A stretch of 64,000 nucleotides of DNA, taken from a bacterium. Lineage in GTDB: Bacteria; Patescibacteriota; Patescibacteriia; UBA2196. Positions 9,528 through 17,875 of the stretch are shown in pieces (position 1 is the first letter of the stretch; the number at the start of each line of letters is the position of its first letter). A program made the translations under genes and the position numbers. The stretch spans positions 23,996 to 87,995 of the forward strand of contig DAOOQN010000001.1 in assembly GCA_035388785.1 (NCBI GenBank), read 5' to 3'. The notes below the pieces were generated by a model that saw nothing but the letters and a program-made list of their open reading frames with translations, was not told where the DNA came from and ran no database searches.

Positions 9528-11477
9528 TTATAATATTGTATACCCTTCTCTTTCTTTAACTTTAAACTTACTATGTAAAACTTTTTCAATTATTTCTTTG
9601 TCGCCTTTAAAATATTTATTATACACCTCCAAAAGACTTGGATTTTCATGGGCCGTACGAATGGCTAAATTTTTATCAATTTCATACACAGCTGCGGCGC
9701 GTTGGGCTCTAATTTTTGAATTGGTCGGAATGGGCTGACCACCGCCGCCAATACAGCCACCTGGACAGGCCATGACTTCCACGTAATCATATTTTACTTT
9801 TCCAGCTTTTAAATCATCCAAAACTTTTTTGGCATTCCCCAAACCATTAACGACCGCCACATTTAATTTGCGACCACCAACTTTAACTCGCGCTTCCTTT
9901 ATACCACTTTGGCCACGTACCTCTTTAAATTCAATGCGGCTTTGTGATAGTTTGGAAAATCTTTTCTTTTTTAATTTATAATTTTCTCCATGTACAATTG
10001 ATTTTAATGAACCGGTTTCATCCCACACCCGAAAAAAATAATCTGCACTCCTCAGGGCTGACTCCATAACCCCACCAGTTGCACCATAAATTGCTCCAGC
10101 ACCAGAATAGACACCCAAAGGTTTATCTAGTTTTTCTGCTTTGAGTTTTGACAAATCAATTTTGTGTTTATGTAAGAGATAAGCATATTCACGCGTAGTT
10201 AAGACATAATCCACGGCCTTTACTTTTACGCCTTGCAGTTGTTTTCTATCCGGACAAATATTTTTTATGTTTGGCAAATCTAGTCTTTCCAGACACCAAC
10301 CCAAATCAATTGTATGCGTTTCCAGATTAATTTCATGTTTTTTTGAAGTACACGGCATAATCGAAACCACCACAATATCACGCGGATCTTTTTTTAAATA
10401 ATCGGCAAAATATGTTTTGATAATTGGTCCAGAGCACATGTGCGGTGAATTGGCACTGGTCAAATGCGCCATAAATTCTGGATAATAAAATTCCACAAAT
10501 TTCACCCACGCCGGACAACATGACGTAAATAGTGGTCGTGATTTATTATTGAGTACCATTTCTACCACCTCCTGTGCTTCCTCATAGGTGGTAAAATCGG
10601 CACCTAAATTTACATCAAAAGCCCAGTCAAATCCCAAAGCTTTCATTGAAGCCGCCAACTGCCCCGTCATAATTTTACCATATGCCTCACCAAATTCTTC
10701 ACCGATAGAAACGCGAATGGATGGAGCAATTTCGGCAACTAAAATTTTTCCAGCCCGATCTTTTAATAATTTTTCAACCGCTTCCCAATGCGGGACACCA
10801 CTAATTGCTCCCACCGGACAATGAGTCACACACTGTCCGCAATAAGTACAATCAAATTTATCTACGTCATTTTTTAACAGATCTAAGCTCCCCTCATTTA
10901 TAAGGAGGGGGTGGGGGGAGGTAATCCCATTTGCTTCACCTTTAGGTTTTACAACCGTGTCAACCCCTCTTTTCGCAACTTCATAAAAATTACAAGCTTG
11001 CTTTTCACACACTTCAACACAGTTACGACAATCAATGCACTTGGAACTATCAAACTGAATGGAATCGCCAAACTGCCAAGTTGAAAAATGTTTTTTTCTA
11101 TCTTCAAAACGTGAAATTTTTACACCAAATTCAGCCGCATATTTTAATATTTGACAGTTATCTTGGTATACACAAGTGGTACACTTTTCCTGATGTTCAG
11201 AAAAAATAAGCTCCAAGTTTGTCTTACGTAAATTTTTAATTTCTTCAGTCTCTAAAAAAATCTGCATTCCTTTTTCCGCCACGGTCGAACAAGCAGTCAC
11301 CACACCTTTGTTTTCTATTTGTACTAAACATAAACGACAATTACCCTTAATGGCCAAATCTGGATGTTTACATAAATGCGGAATATTTAATCCTTCTCGC
11401 AAAGCCACGTCCAAAACTGACTCATTTTCAAAAGCAACATATTCTTTATTATTAATATAAAATTTTATTTTTTTCAT
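9528..11477 (-). CDS. hydA: [FeFe]-hydrogenase catalytic subunit, group A (2Fe-2S, His-ligated 4Fe-4S, 2x4Fe-4S, H-cluster)
   Basis: IPHLC...CRLC...TAC; HQEKCTTC...C; CIDCRNCVEVC; CTYCGQCVTHCP; H-cluster motifs FTSCCPAW, MPCTSKKHE, EVMACPGGCIGGGGQP. Confidence 0.95.
   Translation of the reverse strand: MKKIKFYINNKEYVAFENESVLDVALREGLNIPHLCKHPDLAIKGNCRLCLVQIENKGVVTACSTVAEKGMQIFLETEEIKNLRKTNLELIFSEHQEKCTTCVYQDNCQILKYAAEFGVKISRFEDRKKHFSTWQFGDSIQFDSSKCIDCRNCVEVCEKQACNFYEVAKRGVDTVVKPKGEANGITSPHPLLINEGSLDLLKNDVDKFDCTYCGQCVTHCPVGAISGVPHWEAVEKLLKDRAGKILVAEIAPSIRVSIGEEFGEAYGKIMTGQLAASMKALGFDWAFDVNLGADFTTYEEAQEVVEMVLNNKSRPLFTSCCPAWVKFVEFYYPEFMAHLTSANSPHMCSGPIIKTYFADYLKKDPRDIVVVSIMPCTSKKHEINLETHTIDLGWCLERLDLPNIKNICPDRKQLQGVKVKAVDYVLTTREYAYLLHKHKIDLSKLKAEKLDKPLGVYSGAGAIYGATGGVMESALRSADYFFRVWDETGSLKSIVHGENYKLKKKRFSKLSQSRIEFKEVRGQSGIKEARVKVGGRKLNVAVVNGLGNAKKVLDDLKAGKVKYDYVEVMACPGGCIGGGGQPIPTNSKIRAQRAAAVYEIDKNLAIRTAHENPSLLEVYNKYFKGDKEIIEKVLHSKFKVKEREGYTIL
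10886..10924. repeat. GC-rich REP-like palindrome inserted in frame in hydA
   Basis: CCCCTC-ATTTATAAG-GAGGGG followed by GTGGGGGGAGG; an isolated GC-rich patch encoding TSPHPLLINEGS. Confidence 0.6.
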
Positions 11478-12475
11478 GTTTCTTTTACATTTTTAAAATA
11501 GGAAACTAAAGCATTGGTGGCTGTTTTACCCAAAGCACACAAACTGGTTTTCTGTAATGACAAAACTAAATCATCAAAAACTTTTTTATCAAGTTGTTCA
11601 CTTTGATAATATTCATACATCAAATTACGCAGACGAAAAGTTCCCTCACGACATGGCACGCACTGGCCACAGGATTCTTTACGAAAAAAATCCAGCCACT
11701 TCATCACAGTTGCTTGTTCAGAACCATCATTTTTATAAATAATAATACTTGGGCTGCCCTCAAATTTACGGTTCAATTGTTTGTAATTATAACAAAAACC
11801 AGCCGCTCCTCCGCCAACTTGGTAAAAAAAATCAGCACTTGGCGTGTGATCAAATTCTTGTAAAACCGCACGAACTGTTAAATCAGTTGTCAATTCTTTT
11901 ATTTCATTGGTTCTATTCACGCCAGACAAGCAGTAAAAACGGGTATTTTTGTAAACACCAGAATTTATTAAAGACACTGCATAAAAAGTTTCACAATTGT
12001 GAATTAAAGTCGGCGCACCATAAAAACCAAATGCAGTTGGATAGGGTGGTTTCAAGCGCGGTTCCACTCTTAAGCCTTGCATGGAATTTAAAACTGCTGT
12101 CTCTTCCCCACCCACATAGTCATGTAAAGGCTTTTCAAATAATTCAATCTTAAAATTGTTTTTTGCAATTATTTGTTCCAGACTAGCTTGAAATTCACTA
12201 TAATACACTGGATTTAAATAAACCAAACCTTTTTTAGCTTTAATTTCACTCATAGCTAAATTAATCCCATCCAACACCAGTTGTGGCCATTTTTCTAAAA
12301 TATATTTATCTTTAAACATACCCGGCTCTGATTCGGAAATATTACACACCACAAACTTTTCTGCGCCTTTTGCTCGTCGCACCATTTCCCACTTATCAGC
12401 CACCAAAAAATTATTGCAGCCGCGTCCAATTAAACCACTTTTTTTAATTTTTTTAAGCATTGTTTGTCTAAACAT
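11474..12475 (-). CDS. Short NuoF/HydB-like NADH-binding flavoprotein (diaphorase) subunit
   Basis: SGLIGRG, CNISESEPG..KD, GGEETA, PRLKPPYP, HNCET, ESCGQCVPCREG...SLCALG (4Fe-4S); ATGA overlap with hydA. Confidence 0.9.
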   Translation of the reverse strand: MFRQTMLKKIKKSGLIGRGCNNFLVADKWEMVRRAKGAEKFVVCNISESEPGMFKDKYILEKWPQLVLDGINLAMSEIKAKKGLVYLNPVYYSEFQASLEQIIAKNNFKIELFEKPLHDYVGGEETAVLNSMQGLRVEPRLKPPYPTAFGFYGAPTLIHNCETFYAVSLINSGVYKNTRFYCLSGVNRTNEIKELTTDLTVRAVLQEFDHTPSADFFYQVGGGAAGFCYNYKQLNRKFEGSPSIIIYKNDGSEQATVMKWLDFFRKESCGQCVPCREGTFRLRNLMYEYYQSEQLDKKVFDDLVLSLQKTSLCALGKTATNALVSYFKNVKET

Positions 12476-12485
12476 AACTACACAT

Positions 12486-12494
12486 ATTATACCA
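12486..12494 (-). promoter_or_regulatory. Extended -10 promoter (TGgTATAAT) of the hyd-glycolysis operon
   Basis: TGGTATAAT lies 10 nt upstream of the ATG at 12475. Confidence 0.65.
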
Positions 12495-12511
12495 TACTTT
12501 AAAGACCAAAT

Positions 12512-12542
12512 AAAAAACTTGCCAATTTAAATATTTGCAAGT
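12512..12542 (-). terminator. Probable terminator after the histidine kinase gene
   Basis: Imperfect stem ACTTGCAAAT...ATTGGCAAGT followed by TTTTT on the minus strand. Confidence 0.5.
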
Positions 12543-12597
12543 CACAAAATTTTGGCATTAATAATATAAAACCTAATTAAAATATTTAACTTATAAC

Positions 12598-14832
12598 TTA
12601 CCCAACCGGAATTTCAAAGCTAAACGCGCTACCCTTGCCTTCACCATCTGATTCTGCCCAAATTTTTCCATCGTGCAATTCAACTATTTTTTTGGCAATA
12701 AATAATCCCAATCCAGAACCAGCTGTATTAATTTGAGCAATTTTTTTACCCCGTCCAAATTTGGTAAATAAATCATCAATATCATCTTGAGTGATACCGA
12801 TACCAGTATCGCTAACTGTAATTTTAACCAAATCATCCTTTTTTTGTAGTCCAACTGTTACCGTGCCTTTTGCGGTATATTTTATACTGTTATCAACCAA
12901 ATTCATTAATACGTCGTGCAATTTATCACGGTCAGCATTCACCACTATTTTCTCCTGTACACCCACAAATTCTAATTTTAAACCCTTGCACTCCGCATCA
13001 GTTTTCAACTCGTGCAAAGTTTCCTTGGTCATGTCTGTAATATCAAATTTTGTTTTTTCCAGTTTTAAACGTCCGGATTCAATGCGAGAAATATTGAGAA
13101 AAATATTTACCAAACGTACCATCCGTTCGGTATTAACCAAAACATCACTGACAATTTTTTTCTTTTTCGGTTCCAAAACTCCAAAATCACCATCTTTCAA
13201 CATAGACAGATAGCCCTTAATTCCCGACAACGGCGTGCGCAACTGGTGCGATGCTACAGAAATAAATTCGGTTTTAGCTTCGTCCAATTTTTTTAAATGT
13301 TCATTGGCGTGCCGCAAATCACTAGTGGCTTTTTCCACTTCATTTTTCAACTTCTGACTAAATTTTTGTGATTCACTATACAGCTCTGCTTTTTCCAAAG
13401 CTGATGAAAACTGGCTGGCCACCGAATCCAACAGATTTAAATCCTGCTTATCAAACTGTTCACCTGATAATTTTTTGCCTACAGTAAAAAAAGCTGTTAA
13501 AACTGACTCGTGAAAAATTGGAACTATTAAATCAGCGTCTATTTGTGCAATCACTAAAACCAAACAATCTGCCGTTTTCCTAGTTTTTTTATGTTTCAAT
13601 AGTCTATCTTTATGCCCCAAAAAATTATGTTCGTACAAAAATTCTTCTATAAATATTACTTGGTGATTTTTATTAAAATGTTTTTCTAGGGCTTTACCAC
13701 CAGCAATAGAAAATAAATTCTCTTTTTTATCTGAAACCGTGACCGGTGCAAACACTCCGCTAGTTTTATTTTTTAAATATATTTTGAATGTCGCCACACG
13801 CAACTCTTGTTTGGCGCCCAGACACAGCTTATTTACTAAAATATGTTTATCAATTTCTAAAGCGATAATATCAGTGAGCGTTTTAATAACTTTTATATGA
13901 TCAATTCTGGTTCGAAAAAATATTTTATCAGTTACAAAAGCCAATAGCCGTTTCAGAGGATCCATCACCAAGACTACCACAAATGAAATTACCACCGTAA
14001 ATAAAACCTTTTGACTGGTGTTTAAAATAGGAATCAAACTACTGCCGGTCCATAAAGTAAAAAAACTAAACAGACCTGTTACAAATAAAACCAAGAAAAA
14101 ATAAATAATGGATTTGGAAAAAACCATTTTTATATCCATCAAACGATAACGAATAATGGCATAAGCAATAAATCCCACCATTACCAAGGTCAACGCCTGC
14201 CCCAGCCAATTTAACTCAAAATAATCAAAAGTTGGTAAAATCAAATTGGTACTCATGCCCAAGGCTGAGGATAAAAAAGTTCCCCAAAAAACATATTTAA
14301 TTTGCATCTTGGCAATTCCATCCGCCTGGCGATATTTATAATATAAAATCCAAAACCCCCACGCGAACATGGCTGGCACATAAATGTTATACAGCATATA
14401 CAATGGGCCAAAAATAATTTGGTCTTCAAAAAAAGCTCTTTTTGTGACATCTGTAATTACACCGCCCGTCGGCCACAATGAAATCCAAATGGCGCCATAA
14501 TTTAACACTAATATGATTAATTTGTACCACCAACGAAATTTTATCTCGCGGCCGGAAAAATTATAACAAAAAAAGATAAAAACAGTTGGTAACAAGGTGG
14601 CAAAAACATATAACCACCGACACCACACAATTTTATCTGTCACCTCAACCGAGCCTCGGTACATAATCATGCCAAAAGCCCACAAAGAAACCACGATACT
14701 TAATAAAAAATAATAAAAATTAATTTTTCTATTCCGTTTTAGTCCATTAAACAAAACAAAAAAACCTAAAACTAGATTGCATAGGGCAATGATAATCAAA
14801 ATTATATTTTTGTAATCAAAAATAAAACCCAT
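12598..14832 (-). CDS. Membrane sensor histidine kinase (HisKA_7TM-like N-terminus, GAF-like linker, HisKA, HATPase); start corrected to MGFIFDY
   Basis: Many TM helices ending YAIIRYRLMDI; H-box SVASHQLRTPLS; N-box NLVDNSIKYT; DTGIGI; GSGLGL. The longer ORF start runs through a terminator. Confidence 0.93.
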   Translation of the reverse strand: MGFIFDYKNIILIIIALCNLVLGFFVLFNGLKRNRKINFYYFLLSIVVSLWAFGMIMYRGSVEVTDKIVWCRWLYVFATLLPTVFIFFCYNFSGREIKFRWWYKLIILVLNYGAIWISLWPTGGVITDVTKRAFFEDQIIFGPLYMLYNIYVPAMFAWGFWILYYKYRQADGIAKMQIKYVFWGTFLSSALGMSTNLILPTFDYFELNWLGQALTLVMVGFIAYAIIRYRLMDIKMVFSKSIIYFFLVLFVTGLFSFFTLWTGSSLIPILNTSQKVLFTVVISFVVVLVMDPLKRLLAFVTDKIFFRTRIDHIKVIKTLTDIIALEIDKHILVNKLCLGAKQELRVATFKIYLKNKTSGVFAPVTVSDKKENLFSIAGGKALEKHFNKNHQVIFIEEFLYEHNFLGHKDRLLKHKKTRKTADCLVLVIAQIDADLIVPIFHESVLTAFFTVGKKLSGEQFDKQDLNLLDSVASQFSSALEKAELYSESQKFSQKLKNEVEKATSDLRHANEHLKKLDEAKTEFISVASHQLRTPLSGIKGYLSMLKDGDFGVLEPKKKKIVSDVLVNTERMVRLVNIFLNISRIESGRLKLEKTKFDITDMTKETLHELKTDAECKGLKLEFVGVQEKIVVNADRDKLHDVLMNLVDNSIKYTAKGTVTVGLQKKDDLVKITVSDTGIGITQDDIDDLFTKFGRGKKIAQINTAGSGLGLFIAKKIVELHDGKIWAESDGEGKGSAFSFEIPVG

Positions 14833-14863
14833 CAAAATAATTATATCATTTTTATAAAAAAAT

Positions 14864-14894
14864 AAAAAACCGCAACTTTCTTGGAAAGCTGCGG
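14864..14894 (-). terminator. Rho-independent terminator after the reductase-like gene
   Basis: CCGCAGCTTTC-caa-GAAAGTTGCGG-TTTTTT on the minus strand. Confidence 0.85.
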
Positions 14895-14913
14895 CGGAAA
14901 GATTTTGCACGCT

Positions 14914-15867
14914 TTAAACCAACTCTATCGCCGGTGTTTGAATCCCGACATTGCTGGCGAAATGACCAAAATCTTGAAAAGTCATATCGCCATTGTTACT
15001 ACACTGCGAACGCACAATCGCGTCCAAGAGGCAACCCGGAATATCGGCTGCCTCAAAGTTTGGTAGAGGTGGCATTGTGACTACGCCTCCAGCACGAGCG
15101 GTGGTTTGAAAAACTCTAATACCTAATTGGGTAAAAGAGTCTACCACCGACCGCGATGGTACCGGATGACAATCAAATAATATTTGTGTACATTGTGAAT
15201 CACGTAACACTTCATAATATTCACACATGTCATCACCAGCCGGGGTTAAGGCGATGACAAGCTCACAGGATTTTAGATTTTGAATATCTTCAGTGGTTTT
15301 TCTTTTATCAATTTTTACTACGATAAAACCTTGTCTTTCCAACTCAGAAGAAACAAAACCTCCAAGATAGCCAAATCCCACAATAGCGATTCTGGCCGGG
15401 GGTGAAACGAGGCTTTCAACCTCCCTGATTATTAACCAAGTACTCCCCATCAAACCCTTTACAAAAAGTGACCCAACAGGAATGCTTCGTTTTTGAATTA
15501 TGCTTGGCATAATGCCTGCCAAGCCAATTGAGTGTGCCTCGACATCAGACGCCCAATCATTAACCTGTCGCAATATTTCTGGCAACAGTTCTGGTTGGCG
15601 ACGAATAAAAGTTTCGGCACTCACACCGGTAGCTAGAAGCAATCCACTAGCTCCGGTAATACCAGGAGTAATTCTTCCAGCCACCAAAACCAGTCGATCC
15701 TGTGTCAAGAAACGTTGCCAGTCTTCGTCAGAACAAAAATACTGGCGGTCTGTATCTCTTCCAGGATAGACAAGAAAGACATAGTCATGACGTGCACCAA
15801 AGTCTCTCCGCCAATTTTCTTGGAGATACGGAAATTGGGTTTGTCTCGCAATCTGTTGGGTGTCCAT
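14914..15867 (-). CDS. Rossmann-fold oxidoreductase, remote acyl-ACP reductase / COG5322-like
   Basis: VFLVYP, GLAGIMPS, IAIVGFGYLGG (NAD(P) binding), FDCHP, PGCLLDAIV; strong GAGGAGG SD before the ATG at 15867. Confidence 0.55.
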   Translation of the reverse strand: MDTQQIARQTQFPYLQENWRRDFGARHDYVFLVYPGRDTDRQYFCSDEDWQRFLTQDRLVLVAGRITPGITGASGLLLATGVSAETFIRRQPELLPEILRQVNDWASDVEAHSIGLAGIMPSIIQKRSIPVGSLFVKGLMGSTWLIIREVESLVSPPARIAIVGFGYLGGFVSSELERQGFIVVKIDKRKTTEDIQNLKSCELVIALTPAGDDMCEYYEVLRDSQCTQILFDCHPVPSRSVVDSFTQLGIRVFQTTARAGGVVTMPPLPNFEAADIPGCLLDAIVRSQCSNNGDMTFQDFGHFASNVGIQTPAIELV

Positions 15868-15944
15868 AATCAAACCTCCTCATAAATGAAATACCCACTA
15901 TTATTTTGAAACAACGTGTTTTATATAAAAAACTTATTGAAAAT

Positions 15945-17111
15945 TTATTTAGGTGCCATCTGTCTAAACTTTTCCGCTAGTTGCCCAAGTTGCTGCACAA
16001 AATAATCAATTTCTTCTTGAGTGTTTTCTTCACCCAAAGTTATTCTTAAACTACCATGCGCTGCCTCGTGTGACAAGCCAATGGACATTAAAACGTGTGA
16101 TGGTTCAAGAGAGCCGGACGAACAGGCCGAACCAGTGGAAATCGCAATCCCAGCCATATCCAAACCTAGAAGCAAAGCCTCGCCTTCCACGCCTTGCACA
16201 GAAATATTTAAATTAGCGGGCGTCCTTTCTTTCCAGGAACCATTGAGAGTAACATCAGTAATATTTTTTTGCAATTCTTGCCACAGATAATCCCGCAAAT
16301 TTTTTATTTTTTCCTGATTATATTCTTTAATTAATTCCACTGCTTTGCCCATTCCAACCATTAGGGGGGTGTTTAAAGTACCAGCACGCTTGCCAAACTC
16401 ATGATGACCACCATGTTGTATACTTTGCAAACGTGTTCCTTTTTTTATATACAAAACACCCACGCCTTTGGATCCATAAATTTTATGACCCGAGAGTGCC
16501 AATAAATCAACTCCCAAATTATTAACTTTCATCTCACAGTAAAGCGCTGCTTGCACTGCGTCGGTGTGTAAATAGATTTTATTATTTCTTTCTGCATTTA
16601 TTTTTTTCACCAATTCCCCTATTTCTTTAATTGGTTGAATGGTGCCAATTTCATTATTGACATACATGACAGAAATTAAAAGCGTATTATCTTTGATTTC
16701 TTTTTCAATATCACTAACTTTTATAACTCCGTCACTGCCCGGTTTTATATAACTCGCCTCCACGCCCTGTTTTTCCAAATACTTGCAAGTTTCCAAAACC
16801 GCTGGATGTTCAAATTCTGTTGTTATAATATGTATTTTTTTTTCTAAATAATTACTGGCAAAAATCACACCCATAATAGCTAAATTATCTGCTTCAGTGG
16901 CGCCCGAAGTAAAAATTATTTCATTGGTTTCGCAGCCTAAAAAATTTGCCACCTGAACACGCGCTTCATCTATGGCTTTTAAAGCTTCTTGGCCAAATGA
17001 ATGTAAAGACGAGGCATTGCCATAAATTTCACTGAAATATGGCAACATGGCTTCTAAAACTCTTTTATCAACTGGCGTAGTTGCCGCATGATCAAAATAT
17101 ATATTTTGCAT
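15945..17111 (-). CDS. iscS: Cysteine desulfurase IscS/NifS
   Basis: YFDHAATTP, FTSGATEA, HTDAVQA, SGHKIYG (PLP Lys), STGSACSSG (catalytic Cys). Confidence 0.96.
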   Translation of the reverse strand: MQNIYFDHAATTPVDKRVLEAMLPYFSEIYGNASSLHSFGQEALKAIDEARVQVANFLGCETNEIIFTSGATEADNLAIMGVIFASNYLEKKIHIITTEFEHPAVLETCKYLEKQGVEASYIKPGSDGVIKVSDIEKEIKDNTLLISVMYVNNEIGTIQPIKEIGELVKKINAERNNKIYLHTDAVQAALYCEMKVNNLGVDLLALSGHKIYGSKGVGVLYIKKGTRLQSIQHGGHHEFGKRAGTLNTPLMVGMGKAVELIKEYNQEKIKNLRDYLWQELQKNITDVTLNGSWKERTPANLNISVQGVEGEALLLGLDMAGIAISTGSACSSGSLEPSHVLMSIGLSHEAAHGSLRITLGEENTQEEIDYFVQQLGQLAEKFRQMAPK

Positions 17112-17130
17112 AAAATTTTAATTTTAAATT

Positions 17131-17565
17131 TTATTTTTTTCTAATAAATTCTTTTGAATAACTTCTAAACATAACCTGATATTCACTGGCAGGTGATGAC
17201 AATAAAACATTTTTATAACTACCGAAATGAACTTTTTTTACTTCAAAACCGTTTTTTATTAAATAATCAGCTAAATTACAAAAAATTTCAAAAGATATTT
17301 CCTTTGATGGTATTTTTGAAGCAAAATGTGCAAAAGGACATAAAATAATCTTTTTTGTTTTAAATTTATCTGCTACGATTTTTAGGTCATTTAAAAAATC
17401 ACTAAAAAAATTTTCGTCCTTGTGAGACTCTATAGTAACCCAAGGTACCACAACTTTTTTTTCGTCTAAATTTTCTTCTAGATCTTGAATAATGGGTTTC
17501 ATTCGAGTAGACTTTTTTACATCACTTATTTTAAATTTTTTACAATACCAAATTAATGCTTTCAT
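17131..17565 (-). CDS. Stand-alone archaeal-type threonyl-tRNA synthetase editing domain
   Basis: MKALIWYC, VTIES, IILCPFAHFAS and HFGSYK resemble the YPFAHLS and PFGxYK motifs of the archaeal ThrRS N-terminal editing (DTD-like) domain. Confidence 0.7.
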   Translation of the reverse strand: MKALIWYCKKFKISDVKKSTRMKPIIQDLEENLDEKKVVVPWVTIESHKDENFFSDFLNDLKIVADKFKTKKIILCPFAHFASKIPSKEISFEIFCNLADYLIKNGFEVKKVHFGSYKNVLLSSPASEYQVMFRSYSKEFIRKK

Positions 17566-17570
17566 GTTTT

Positions 17571-17598
17571 CTGGATTCCCACTTACGTGGGAATGACA
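17571..17598. repeat. dRS3-type REP-like palindrome ATTCCC-N8-GGGAAT
   Basis: ctggATTCCC-acttacgt-GGGAATgaca. Confidence 0.75.
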
Positions 17599-17621
17599 AT
17601 AATAATAATTTTAAAATTATT

Positions 17622-17852
17622 TTAGACAGCCACAATTTCTTTAACTTCTTTAATTTTATCTTTCACAGCTCTACCAATACCTTCTTGCAAAGTTGTTTGA
17701 CTCATCGGGCAGCCAGCGCAATGCCCTTGTAAGCGCAATTTCAACACACCACCAGCTTCATCAAATTCCACCAACTCCACATCTCCCCCATCCATTTGCA
17801 AATGTGGGCGAATTAAATCCAATTCTTGTTGTATTTTTTCTTGAATATTCAT
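17622..17852 (-). CDS. NifU C-terminal / Nfu-type Fe-S carrier
   Basis: IRPHLQMDGGDVE, LQGHCAGCPMSQTTL. Confidence 0.93.
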   Translation of the reverse strand: MNIQEKIQQELDLIRPHLQMDGGDVELVEFDEAGGVLKLRLQGHCAGCPMSQTTLQEGIGRAVKDKIKEVKEIVAV

Positions 17853-17875
17853 ATTTATTTATTTTTAATTATAAA

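Noticed and set aside
9528-12475. Complex I NuoG/NuoF, formate dehydrogenase or Nar1-like assignment
   Set aside because: All three H-cluster motifs, including the TSCCP proton-transfer Cys, are intact; there is no molybdopterin domain and no other nuo genes
14833-14910. N-terminal extension of the histidine kinase given in the ORF track
   Set aside because: It overlaps the upstream terminator and the extended -10; the ATG at 14832 fits better
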